A DNA stretch of 64,000 nucleotides from Camelus ferus (taxonomy: Eukaryota), in NCBI RefSeq assembly GCF_009834535.1, contig NC_045698.1, positions 6,450,001 through 6,514,000 on the forward strand, read 5' to 3'. How positions within the stretch are numbered: position 1 is the stretch's first letter; every line of letters starts with the position of its first letter. The notes under the pieces were generated by a model. It was not told the DNA's origin. It did no database searches and worked only from the letters and a program-made list of their open reading frames with translations. Position numbers and translations under genes: made by a program. This document shows positions 10,791-23,842 of this stretch, piece by piece.

Positions 10791-13700
10791 CAGTATAGCC
10801 TCCAAAAATATGCATGATACTTAGACATGATCAGATTTGTTAGAAAAATGCTAAAGCATCACAGTCTGTATCATAATATTGTACACTGATTAATGAAAAA
10901 TATGATTGCTTTTTTTAGAGCCATGTAAATTTTGTTGATTTGTGTTTTCTGAAAACCCTATGCTATTTCCCATTCTTGATTCACGCAGTTGGTTCTTTTT
11001 TTTCACACTGGTGGTGGGTTTAGCTTCCATTGTAGACTTTATTACTTGCCTTTGAAAATATTATTTTGGTAGATTTCATCTGTTAAGCACCCCTGGACCC
11101 TAAAACTGTCAATCAACTTATTTATATGAGACCTTACACACATATTTTTAGCACACCCTTTAAACCCTAGTCTAAATCATTGATAAAAATACTGAGACAG
11201 GTGAGGTTAGAACCTATAGAAAGAACTTGCAAAACATTTTCCGTGCTTGGAGGATGCACACGGTAAGCAATTCAGCCTGGAAGGATGATTGAATAAACTG
11301 TGGTAAGACCACCCATTCACTGAGGAAAACAGAAAACCGGGTCATGGAACTCTCAGGGAAGGGAATGTAAAGCTTATTTCTTACCCTCTTTTTTTGCAAT
11401 AACGTCCAGAATTTGCAGGTAATGTGATGACACTGATCTGGAATTTAAAAAATCATAATGATGGAACTGAAAATTCTGCCTTGATAAGTAGTATTGTCCC
11501 TGGGCTGTGAGAGCTGATGTAAAGGTAGGACATATTGAAGTGAGGGGATGAGATAATTGGATGTTAATAAAGAATTTACTTTGCACCCGCTGAGGTGAAT
11601 TTTCATTTACATCACACTTTATAAATAATCACCTTCAACACTTCAACAGATTGCTGCAATTCATCATGAATTTTTAAAATGCTACCTTGCATATAGGTAA
11701 TTCATCAGCACCAACTGATTGGTAATTGCTTAATAATTCGGAGATAAATTATATTTACTTCTGATTTAAACATACTAATTTATTTTTGAAGTAGGTATAT
11801 TTCAGTGAATTTTAGAAATAACGACAATTTCATGATAAATAAGCTACTAAGTGTACAGCGTTTGCATCATACAATTATCTTCTGAGAGGCTAAGCAAAAA
11901 CACATTTTTTCCCCTCCAGATTGTAAGAGCAGATCTTTAGACTAAAGGAACTACTGAAGATGCATCTCTTGGAATCATCACAGCTAAAGCCATATGGGGA
12001 GGGAACTGCATTGAGAGAAAAACTATTGGGTGAAATACTGAGAGCCTCATGCTGCTAATTTGTTGTCTCACGGAATCACCCCAAATCCTCACCTGCAACA
12101 AACTGCCTAGAAAAGAATCCTTACCCCCAGTTAGAGACACCTTGGTGGCAGCTGGAAGAGAAAAGATAGGCAGGTAGATAAGATATAAGGGGAAGCTTAA
12201 TACCATCTCTGGTAGGCACAGAGGCAACAGAAGTGAACATTAATGCTAATAACAACCTACTGTGTTGGAGGTGTGACTTACCTAACTCAGAACAAGACAC
12301 CAGAGAAGGCTGTGGAATTCACAGAGGAATACATGGACAGTATTTGCGTTCTGTTTTTATTAGCTATGCAACCTTGAGCAAACTGTCTAACCTAAGGTAG
12401 TTTGCTCATCTGGAAATATGAAAAAAAATGCCCCAATTACCAGAAAAAAAGCAAACAGTGCTACAGACTTCAAAGGAGGTAATATCCCTGAAAATACTCT
12501 TGTACTTCCATTAAAATAGAAGCATTTTACTTATAATTATTCATGTAACAGTAGAAAAAAAGCATAAAATATAGCATGCAAGATTTCGAATGATAAAGGA
12601 TGATATTAATGTTTCTAAAAATGTTAGGATTTCTCAATATACACCCTCTACTTGTTCTATTTATGTGGTATTAAAATATAATAAATCTACATAGTCATAA
12701 AATAAGAGATTGTTCTACGCATCTTTTCTGACTCAGGGATCCAGTGCTATTGAATTAAATTCCACAGGACAGTGAACTCCAGTCCCCTTTTAATAATAGC
12801 ACAGAAAGAAGTCAGCATAGCACGCATGAGACAGTGACCCCAGAAGGGCCCGCCTGCGAAGCTGGCCTTCAGCTGGGTTCTGGGAGGTCGGATTTCAGGA
12901 GGGTTCCCACCGCCCTCCGAGAAGAATGGCTCACTGTGCTTGAACTGTTTCTGGAACAGGTGGTTTATGCTCAAACCTGCTTTCCTTCAAGGAGCCTGGA
13001 ATTTTCGTCGGTCCCAGGCAGAAAGTGCCTATGAGACCAGTCCTCATGCAAACCCTGGGTACTGAGTCCAGGGAGCGTCCCTGGTGGACAGCGCCTCACG
13101 GGCATCATCACAATTTGTTGCTGGAGGAATGAAGCCTGTCCCGCGTGGCTCCCCTGGGAGAGGACTCTCGGGAGTTCAAGCCTGGTTTCCCCTGGGCATC
13201 CCCTAGGTGTCCTTCCTCCCGCGGACTTGGATGACTCATCCTCCATCATAAGGAACCACAGCCGTGAGCACGGCGGTGTGTGCAGTCCTGGGCGTCCTCC
13301 TGGAGAGCAACGGAAGCCCAACACAGTGACTTTACAAATGTGCGTGGAAGGGGGAGTTCTCAGAAGCAGATGACCAGAAACGTGTAACGGTAAGACTTTA
13401 TAAGTCAACCTGAAACAATCACAACTGTGACTCCAGACTCTGGCCAGAAAAGATGGTGTGAGAGGACTGGGGGCAAGTCCCAGCTGGTCAGACACTCAGC
13501 GTCACTCAGAAACACCTTCTCAGGTCGGCCTGAGAGCTCCCGGCTCGGCGCTCAATGACCGACCACGGAACATCAGCCTTTACTTGTTCCAGCTGGATAT
13601 CGAGGCTATTTCTCCAGGACAAGGTGATGAAACTTTGTTTTTTTGTTGTTTTTGTTTTTTTTTTTTAATCTAGAACTTCTGCTTAGGAAGAAGATACCAG

Positions 13701-13869
13701 GAAATGTGAAGTTGCTTTTAAAATAAATAAATACATAATTATATGTGGATGTGTGTCTGTGTTTATATAATTTAAAGAATCTCTTCATTAACTTAACCCA
13801 ATTCCTTGTTGATAATATTACATAATGTGAATCGAGAGCTTCCAGGCAAAATAAAAGCCACTTCATAAG

Positions 13870-13945
13870 ACTCTTATGAGCCTCACAATAACCCTATGAG
13901 GTACATGCCATTATCATCCTGTTTTTAATAGATGAGAAAAATCAA
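13870..13945 (-). mobile_element. MIR fragment
   Basis: 'cctcacaataaccctatgaggta...attatcatcctgttttt..agatgagaaaa' is a reverse MIR core. Confidence 0.7.
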
Positions 13946-14253
13946 ATTTATTATTATTATTCAATTAAGATGGGTTATCATCAAAATTTAATTTCTAATA
14001 TTTAATGATTTCTAAATCTACATTTACCAGGTCGACTTGGTAAAATTAACAAAACAATAGCAAAAGACAATTACTATACTACGATAATGGCCTATTTACT
14101 TCTTAAGAATAAAATTTCCATTTTCCTTCTAGCATAGAATGTTTCTCTACTGGAATTAAAATATTCTTCACCTCATTCAAGCACCTAATTTAATCCAGCC
14201 AACAGGTCCTAGTCAAAATACATCTTCCCTGCTGTTCTCAGATATGTGTATAT

Positions 14254-14467
14254 CAGGGGTCTCAACTGGGGATGAATTTGCCGCCTTGGGGACACGTGAC
14301 ACTATCTGGAGACATTTCTGGTTGCCACACTAGGAGGGGGAGGCTATGAGCGCCAGTGGGTAGAGGTTAGGGATGCTGCCAGACATCCTAGAAGAAAGCC
14401 TAGGACAGTCCCAGAATGCAGAGTTATCCTCCCAAAACGTCTACTGTCCCAAAGTTGAGGAACCCTA
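14254..14467 (+). mobile_element. MER20 (hAT-Charlie DNA transposon)
   Basis: 'caggggtctcaactgggg...tctggagacatttctggttgccacac...gttgaggaaccct', with terminal inverted repeats. Confidence 0.85.
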
Positions 14468-15418
14468 GTTTATATGAATAGTAAATCCCATACCATATTG
14501 TTTTATTGATTTTCTACTGATTTATTGATTGACAGAGCTATGGAGAGACACTGAGAAACATCTGGATTCTCATAAATGTTTCTAAACAGTAAGGTAAATA
14601 GAGCCATGAAACCTGATTAAAGAGATAAAGAAATTCTACTGTCCTCGACAGGGGGGAAGGCAGCTGTTTGACATCTGTCAGGTCACTTGACCTCTCAAGA
14701 ATACTGGGGCCTCTTCAGGAAACTAAGAGGTGGCTCCTGTCTCCTTCCCTTCCCACTTGACCACCAGAGCAGCATCAGAACTCAGGTCAAACAAGGTTCA
14801 TTCTCTGGAGCAAACAGATTAATGTTGAACACACTTAAAAAAAATAATGAATACAAATAAAATTACAAAGACTCAACAAATAGAAGAAAGTAATAATAGA
14901 AAAATGAAGCGAAGATTCACCTGAACTTCAGTTAAGGTTGGAAGGACAAGAACCCAGGACTGACCCAAGCAGAGAGGCTGGGGGACACACTGGCAGTGAG
15001 TCACAGATTTGCCCCTGGGGTTTTCAATAAGGCTAGTCAAGGGGACCAGGACCTCCTAAAGGCAATAATTGGAAACACAGCAATTGTACTGTTCCCACAG
15101 CTTTCAACCGAAGGAACACACACGTACAAAACGTCACACTTCCACTCCTTGCGAAACGGATATCAAAGAAAATCTACATTATACAACCTTTATTATTGCT
15201 AAATCCACTTAATTAATTTACATCTATTTCCAGAAACAGTGGAGTCTCAGGTGCACAGGTGCCCTGAGGCCTTGCCCACTTTCTAGCAGTCGTACCTGAC
15301 CAGATGGAGAGAGGGTTCCCACTGGCTCCCTGCCACGTGTTCGGAATGGTCTAAAATACACATCCCTTCATGTCACACTGTGACTCTCCATTCCACAGCA
15401 CAAAACCTAAATTCCTAG

Positions 15419-15917
15419 TGGTAGGTACAATGAAGTTGTCCAGGCCCTAATGTTGGAACCTGAGAACACAAAGTTACGTGGAAAAGGGGGAATTTGGGTT
15501 GCAGATGGACTTAGGTTGCTAATCAGTTGACTTTGAAATGAGGAGATTATCCTGGATTACCCTGTGAGTCCAATGTAATCACAAGAGTCCTGGTCAGTAA
15601 AGGAGAGAGACGCAGGAGGGTCAGAGTCAGAACAAGAGATGTGAGCAACAAAGCAGAGGTCAGAGTGATGAGATCGCTACCCTGCAGATGGAAGAGGGCC
15701 CTGGGCCTCCAGGAATATTAGAAACACCCAGAAGCTGGGAGCGGCAAAGAAACAGATAAGGTCCCGAGAGCCTCCAGAAGGAACACAGCCCTGCCGATAG
15801 CTCATTTTTACCTATTTTGAATTTCTGACATCCTGAAGGGTAAGATACAAATTTCACACTGTTTTAAGCCACTAAGTATGGGGTAACTTGTTACAGCAGC
15901 AACAGAAAACTAATGCA
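15419..15917 (+). mobile_element. MLT1 (ERVL-MaLR) LTR, MLT1D/E-like
   Basis: 'gagattatcctggatta..gtccaatgtaatcacaagagtcc' and 3' end 'tttaagccactaagt..gttacagcagcaacagaaaactaat'. Confidence 0.85.
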
Positions 15918-15921
15918 CTCC

Positions 15922-16523
15922 TAATTTGGTTTTCTATTGCTTTCTAACAAGTTGTCATAAACTTAGAGGCTTAAAGGAATACCCAGTTAGTAGCTCATGG
16001 GTCTCGTGGGTCAGAAGTCCAGATATGGATTAGCTCTGCTTAGGATCTCAAAGCCTGAAGTCAGGGTGTCAGCTGGGATTGAGATGTCTTCTGAGGCTCA
16101 GGATCCTCTTGCAAACTGACTAGTTGTGGCAAAATTCAGTTCCTTGTGGTTATAGGACTGAAGTGCTCTGCTCCCAGGGGCTGCTCATCACCCTTTGCCA
16201 TGTGGTCCTCTCCACAACACGGAAGGGAGTTTGCCTCTCCAAGGTCAACAGCAGAGCATCTGGCGCTCCTTGGAGTCCCTTTTAAGGGAGCTCATGGTTA
16301 GGCCAAGCCCACCTAGGATAATCTCCCTTTTCATTAACTTATACTCAACTGATTAGTGTTAATTATATCAGCAAAATCCCTTTACTATATAAGGTAACCT
16401 GATTATGGACGTGAACCCCATTACATTAACAGTGCTGCCCACTCTCAACAAGACAGGATTAGATAGGGTAAGTTCCACCGAGGGCAGAATGCTGGGAGCC
16501 ATCTTAGAATTCCCTCTACCACA
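15922..16523 (-). mobile_element. MLT1 LTR (MLT1F-like), tail-to-tail with the preceding MLT1
   Basis: Reverse MLT1 motifs 'ttttctattgc..aaacttagaggcttaaa', 'aattcagttccttgtggtt' and 'gccatcttagaattc..ctaccaca'. Confidence 0.8.
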
Positions 16524-18612
16524 CTCTTCAGCTGGGAAAACTAGGTACTTTGCCTCCTTGCCCTTGACAACTTATCTTTAACCAAATCATCCAACACAGG
16601 CAAGTTGTAAGCTACTGTCCTGGATATGCTCATTGCTACAAAGAACACATGTAACCTCAGGCATCCCTCTCTTTCCAGTGACCACCCCCAAGTGCTTCCC
16701 CCAGCTGCCCCTTAACCTTCTCAGAGTGCTCAAACTTCACCTCATTTCCATGGTCAAAGTATCTAGCACAGAACGTGGGGTGCATGGGATTAATTATTAT
16801 GCACCTTAATGCACATAGATCCAGGTTTTACTACAAAATATGTATGTAATGATTTTGTCTGTATCAAAATCTGTTTTCCTGATTGAATACTCCAAGTCCA
16901 AATGAAAGCACACTGTAACGCACATCTAGCCAGGCAATCATTTTCAGGAGACTATAAAACAGTAGCTAATATAGAATTCTGAAAGAAATTAATAGTGACA
17001 AGGGGAAAGCAAAAGACCTTCATTTTCATAATGTAAACTCAAACCTAGATTTGCTTGCTTGAAAAGTATCAGTGCAGACACATCCTGAATGAATTATGCA
17101 GAGAAAGCGGCCATATGGGAGTTGGCACTGCGCCTGCGAATACGGAAAGACCAGAATATAATTACTTTCATTCCTTTTTTAGGACGGATTGAGTTGATTC
17201 AAATTAGACACCATATACCCATTATAATTGACAATCACTAGTGATGGAATTTTTTTTTCCCTTTATTTTTTAACTCAAGAACTCTTTCTTAGGGTAAAAT
17301 TTTAAGGAAATCAGAAGTGGAACAGACTCCCTGATCATGGGCTAGTGTGAGCCTGGAATGCTTTTATGTAAAATGAAGAACAGCCTTCTTACTTGTTCTT
17401 GGGGTTTTTGGCTGGAAGGAGCCACCGGTACAAAACAGATATGCTTTAATAAATAGCGTTCCTTGTGCCAACACACTGACACGTGGCTTCAATTACAGCT
17501 CTGCTCCAGCACTGGGGGAGGGAAGGAGCAGTCCTCACAGCCAAGCCTCAGGAAACGTGATGACAGCCCGGAAGACGGCTCTCCCCTCTGCCAGGCAGAC
17601 ACCCTCTGCCAGTCTGGGGAAGCCAGCCCCGCAAGACAGCTCGCGTTTTCTAATAACTCTAGTCTAATAATAACTCCAAAGTAGAGGAAGGCAGAAGGAA
17701 ACATCTGCGGTTGTGTGCTAAATTCCTCACGCCTCCAGCACCTCCCAAGCCCCTTCCCTTTAATTAGAAGCATTTACACCCCATTGCACAGGCTCCTTTC
17801 CCTCCCATCCACTGCCTAAGACGCCTTCCCCTCGAGTAAGAATGCTGGGCATCTCTTGTTAGAAAATGTCCCTGCCCACAAAATGCTTGTGCTCCAGGAT
17901 GCAGCTAATCTAACTCCATCCTGTGGGGCTGGATTCTGCAAACTATCTTGGAGGGCATCCCAAGCATCAGTCACTGAGCTGGGAACCAGCCAAGACGGCG
18001 GCCTCTGGGAGTCAGCTTGAAAGGCCAAAAATGCTCAGAGCTCTTCCTCCCCCAAAGCAGCACGGGATTAACAAAGAACTCCTTACTTAGTCCCTCAACA
18101 TACTAATGTCCAAATTAAACACATCCTTTAACTCAAGCCATAGTCACCCAGTTAAAGCTATGAATCATGAGACTCAAAACCAGCCAGCCTCGGTTCTTCT
18201 CTAAGCCAAACTTAAACATCAGCCCTCAAGTTTCCACAACAGCTGTTTCCGGGTGCCTGATCCACCTCTCTGCCAAACGGTGACGGTGCCCTCTGATGCC
18301 TGGACGGCTGCTCCCGGGAGCAGCGGTGAAGAGCATTCTCCCAGGGAGGTCTCAGAGCTATCTTCTCACCTGTGGATGAATCACGACCCACATGCTCTGC
18401 TGGGGGCTGCTTCGTGGGGAGTGGAAAAAATACTATCAAAAAAAAAATGGATGCTTCCAAGAAAATTGAGACAGGAGGTATGAGCTTTGAGGCAAATCTT
18501 CTATAGCGTTACATTAATGATATTTCTCTCTGTAGAAAGCTTCCAAGAATACTAGGGATTTGTTCCACCACTTTGACAAAATACAGGTGCTAAATTAAGG
18601 TGCTGAATTCTC

Positions 18613-18723
18613 TCTCTATATATGTATGTATATGCATGACTGGGACACTGTGCTGTACACCAGAAATTGACACACTGTAGCTGACTGAACTTCAATAAAA
18701 TATATAAGATAAAAAAATAAAAA
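18613..18723 (+). mobile_element. Severely 5'-truncated young L1 3' end (camelid-type)
   Basis: 'tatatgcatgactgggacactgtgctgtacaccagaaattgacaca..ctgactgaacttcaataaaa' followed by an A-rich tail. Confidence 0.8.
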
Positions 18724-20054
18724 GATTACAAAGAGCTCTCTCATGAGGCTATATTTGAAAATACACCTGTGTTCCATGTTGGTAGGTTACCCTCACATGG
18801 TTGCATCCATGTAAGGTCAAATTTTCAAATCTTTACAATGCTTAAAGAGCTGATTTAACAACAACAGAAAAAATTGTAAGGAATAGTTTTCCCTACCATT
18901 TTACTGACAGCTTTATTCTCCACAGATGCTGGTGCCCGCCCCCATTCTTCTTTCCATCTCTCAGTCTACTATGTTAAGAAGGGTAAACACTCTTTCTCTG
19001 CAGCCTGGTTTGGAATTCTCACCTACTGCTTTGGGCAACGGAGCAGACATTTGTGGTTTTTCTCCTCAAATCACCATGCTCACTGCCAGGGAGGCACCCC
19101 TTCAAGGAGTGGCCCCAAAAGACACAGTCTTACTGAGTCTGCTTCCTGGTCGTAGCTGGTTGGACCACGCACGGGCCGTCGATCCTATTCCACTCTGAGT
19201 AAGGTATTCCTTAGTCTTTTGCTTTCATACGTCATTTATTCGAATGTTCATATTTGAACATTCTCCTTCTCTCTCTTACACACACACACATATACACAAT
19301 TAAGACTGAAAAACAGTAAACTGATGTCTGCTAATATGGGAACTAAAGCCAACCAGCATAGAAGGAAATAATACTTGATAAGACAAATGAGAGCCTCCGG
19401 AGACCTGTCTGGGGCCAGAGCCCTCTGGCATCCTGGCCCCGTGCTCACTTTGGAACCTTTGATTTTTGAACACGTTCCCCTTTTTCAGTTGCTGTCAAAA
19501 CATTCACAGCCAATTTCAGCCCATTGCTTCTGTTCTCCACGCACCCTACACTGTGGAAGAGACAGCACACACCCCGAGAGGCCAGCAGCGCAGGAGACCT
19601 GGAACTCAAGGGTCAGTGACCCGTTTTCCTGTTCCCTCATCCACCTCCATTTCATACCAAGACAGGCACATGTGCACACAGGCACAAACACACGTGCACC
19701 CTCCCAAATGAAATGAACAGGGGTGTTCATTTTTATATTAACTTAGCAGCATGATCTGAAAAATACCAACATTAGCTAAGTTAATTAAATATCTGTTAGG
19801 TGGTTTCAGAATCAGCAAAAGTATCAAAGACTATTTTTAGGTTTCATACAACACACTAAATATTATTCAATTCACAGACTAGACACCCAAGTTCTTTTTA
19901 TACATATGTAGATCTTAACAGCCAAGTATTTCTTTGTACACTGTAATTATTTTAGATGAATATAACTAGGAGTTTTCCCTAAATAGAATTTAAATAATAA
20001 TTTAAATGGCAAAGGTTGATAATTTCTTCCATGGTAAAGATTTTTTTTGAGGAA

Positions 20055-20750
20055 TTATTTATTTATTATTATTTTTTTTGCATTCATTTAATTTTAATTT
20101 TAATTTTTTTTACTTTTTTACAATGTGCTCAAATTCCATTGTAGAGCACAATTTTTCAGTTATACGTGAACACACATATATTCATTGTCACATTTTTTTT
20201 TCACTGTGAGCTACCACAAGATCTTGTATATATTTCCCTGTGCTATACAGTATAATCTTGTTTATCTATTATGCATGTCTGTCAGTACCTACAAATTTTG
20301 AAATCCCAGTCTGTCCCTTCCCACCCCCCACTCCCTTGGCAACAAGTTTGTATTCTATGTCTTTGAGTCTGTTTCTGTTTTGTATTTATGTTCTTTTCTT
20401 TTTTTAAATTCTACATATAAGCGATCTCATATGGTATTTTTCTTTCTCTTTCTGGCTTACTTCACTTAGAATGACTTTCTCCAGGAACATCCATGTTGCT
20501 GCAAATCGCGTTGTCAGTTTTTATGGCTGAATAGTATTCCACTGTATAAATACACCACAGCTTCTTTATCCAGTCATCTGTTGATGGACATTTAGGCTGT
20601 TTCCATGTCTTAGCTATTGTAAATAGTGCTGCTATGAACACTGGGGTGCAGGTGTCTTTTTGAAGTAGGGTTCCTTCTGGATATATGCCCAGGAGCGGGA
20701 TGACTGGGTCATGTGGTAAGTCTATTCCTAGTCTTTTGAGGAATCTCCAT
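20055..20750 (-). mobile_element. 5'-truncated young L1 (ORF2 C-terminus plus 3' UTR, camelid-type)
   Basis: T-rich tail at 20055-20120. Canonical reverse L1 text 'tttatggctgaatagtattcca', 'atggacatttaggctgtttccatgtct' and 'tgtaaatagtgctgctatgaaca'. Confidence 0.92.
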
Positions 20751-20837
20751 GAAGTTTGTAATTTATATGCCCTTAAAAACTATGCTTTTGAAAGAAATGA
20801 TATCCATTTCCCAACGCTGTGTTACTTGAGTTCAGAA

Positions 20838-21050
20838 ATTAGCAAACCACAGCTAGCAGGCCAATCTGGCCCACCTATTATTATAAATAAAGTTTTGTTT
20901 ATACAACCATCTCTATTCATTCACACATTGTCTGAGGCTGGTTTTGCACCACAGTGGCAGAGCTGATTCATTGCACCAGAGATCACATGGACTGCAAAAC
21001 ATCCAAATTCACTATCTGGTCCATTACAGGAAAAAATTGCTAACTTTTGC
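20838..21050 (+). mobile_element. MER58A-like DNA transposon
   Basis: 'ggccaatctggcccacct..aaataaagttttg..gtggcagagctga..actatctggtcc..aaaaaattgctaac'. Confidence 0.75.
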
Positions 21051-22960
21051 ATTTGTTAAATATGATGAAGCACTTTGAAAATATTTTTGCCTCAAAATTT
21101 AACTTAAAAAATGTAAATGCCATCCTATTCAGTCAACCTCAATTAAAAATGTGGATTCTGAAAATGTCTCTTCAGAACCACTGATGGATGGAGAGAACTA
21201 GCAGGTGATACAAGGCAAACTGAAAAGAAACACAGGGCATATACACTGGGTTCTTACATCAAAGTGAAATACTTCCAAAACCTGGGAAAATCATCAAGTA
21301 CCTTTATAGGATACTTTATTAACCAAGGGTCCTATAAGAAATGCATCATAACAGAAGGGAATTGTAGGAAAGTTTAATAGGAGAACTATAGATAAAAATA
21401 CAAGTGAATAGGTGGAAACACAAGTCCCCAGTGGCTACTAAGGGGTCCAGATGGACGATGAGAGAGGACCAGCATCATAAAAAGAGAGCCAGGCAGCACA
21501 GAGCACTGTATTCTGAGTCCTTGGGAAGCTGACCTTTGGTCAACAGCCACAGCCAGTCCAAGGTGACCCTATGGAGGCAAGTGAAGGGAGTGATAACCCT
21601 AGCCTCCCCTCCTCTCTGACAAAGTTCCATGTGACTTCTCTCCACAGGCCCCATCCAACCAGGTGCTTGAAGGCACAGGAGTATGGAAATGGTCCATGCA
21701 GCAGGGCCCACTGGAGAAGGGAAAAGCACACTGGGAGGGGCAAGAGAAGGTGCCCAGCACAGGTACATGTTCTTTCACGGGTGAAGAAACAGGAGAAAAT
21801 AAATGTGAAGCCATTCTCAGTGGTGTCTGTTTTTCGAGCAAATAAAATCTCACAAATGAAATTTATTTTCTAAAACCAAGATAAGACCAAGAGTGATTCT
21901 TTTTTCCAACATTAAACTAAAAAACAATTTACCAAAAATGGGTTGCATAATAAAGTAGCTGGAACCAAAAAGTTGTCTTGATGAGATTACAGTTAACCTG
22001 GCAGTAGGGAATTCACAAGTTTTAAACTAGATCTCATTCATGTCATGTAATATCTGAAAAGAAGTAAAAATGACAGAAGAAAAAGTAGAGAACATTTAAT
22101 TATGTTCTCCAAACAAAATTTTTGTTATCTAAAAAATATTTTTAATTAAATGGCTTTCTGCTGGAAAGAGAATTCTACCTGAAATAATACTGTAATCAAT
22201 TGTTTAAGCTTGTTAGACACCAGTATGTGGTGTTTGTAAAACATCTTTAACACGACTCTACCAGTATTTCCCAAATGTTTGTTCATATTCTCTTATCAGT
22301 AAAACTTTTGACATTTACTCTCTATCCATGTATATTTCACCATTTAAATATTAAAAGCACATACAACTGTGCATGTGTATATGTATATTTTCATTACATT
22401 TTAAAAGAATTAAAGATATAATGAAAGATATTATAGGAGAAACATTATATTTTAATTGAATAAGTTTTTCTAAATCTTGGTACAATAATTTATGATATAG
22501 TGATTTAAAACTCTGTTTAGAGAATCTGTATTTACATTCAGTTTATTTAGATTTTTAGTTTAAAACAGTTATAAAGTAGACACCTCAGACAGACATGCAA
22601 ATCCAATAGTCAAATCCTTGACTATTCTTAACTAAATTTTGATTTACTATTTTTTTCAAACCCATCTTCTGATTAGATGATATTTTGTTGAAACTTGTCT
22701 AGTACTTTTCCATCCTCACTGATGTCAAAATCTCCTGCTTGAAAATTCATAAGAAAAGTTTTAAATGAACACTAAAACCCTCCACTTGAAAGTTTTACAA
22801 AACTTAAAAGTATCTTAGAAGTATCTGTAAGAGTGCTTTAAAAAGAATTTTCTAAAATTCCAAATCTAAAGCATGGATAAAGTCATTATTATAGTGACAC
22901 TTTATTTCATTTTCAACAACAAATTCATGTAAAGATGGAAGTATTTCAAAGTGTCTGATT

Positions 22961-23159
22961 AAAAAAATCAGTTTTCCAAGGTGGAAGATGCAGGCCCCAG
23001 ACCTCCTGGCTCAGGGGGTCACTGGCCCCCTCCTTGGCTCTGCTCCAGTCAGGCTTGGCTGAGTCCCCTTCAGGAAATGCTCTGACAGAGACACTCATAT
23101 TATTAATAGCAGTGACAAAAAAAAGTAGAACTACTCCAAAAAAAAAAATCAGTTTTCCA
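22961..23159 (+). pseudogene. Short retrocopy (probable mRNA 3'-end fragment or orphan transduction) with 18-bp TSD
   Basis: Identical direct repeats aaaaaaatcagttttcca at 22961-22978 and 23142-23159. TT|AAAA L1 endonuclease site. The GC-richer 159-bp insert ends in an A-run. Confidence 0.75.
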
Positions 23160-23842
23160 TTGCATAAGTTTTTTAAAAAACTGATTCTGTTTCACTCATT
23201 CTTGAAATAAAAAGATTATATTTTTACCCAAAACATCCTATTTATCACACTATTGAAAATCACAAAGTTCAGCAAAGGGGACCACTTCTCTCTTAACAAA
23301 GGATGGATGGCTGGCTGGATGGCTGGATGGACACACATTCATATATTTGTGTATACATATATGTATATATGTTAAGTTTGATCAATTTTTAATATGTTAG
23401 TATGAAAACTGAAAAAATATGTTGCCACTAAATACTTTAGAACGTCTCTATGAAACACAAAGCAACGGTCCCCAACACTTCATAACAGAACATTATGAAG
23501 ATCCTACCACACAAATAACATATGGCAAAAATCCAGTTTACTGGCACCTGTAAACCAAAATCCTTCCCCATTTGTCCGCGATTCCCTCAAGATACCCCTG
23601 AAACTGACTCTGACGTGTGTCAGCAGCTTGAAATATTGAGAGAGCCAGGGCACCTGCATCAACCTGCATATTAATATAAGTAAATACTACCCTGCTTACT
23701 TTTGTGTAAGAATAATAGAAACAGAAATTCTAGGGTTTCTTCCCATCCATTTTTGAAATCACTGCTTTTTTGTCATTGTTAAAAATTAAGACTCTTGGTC
23801 AATGGGGTCAGACTCCATGGGAGGTGAAGTCACAGACACAGG

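Noticed and set aside
20041..20750. ttttgaggaat at both ends of the L1 as a possible TSD
   Set aside because: The right-hand copy is ordinary L1 sequence that continues past the match.
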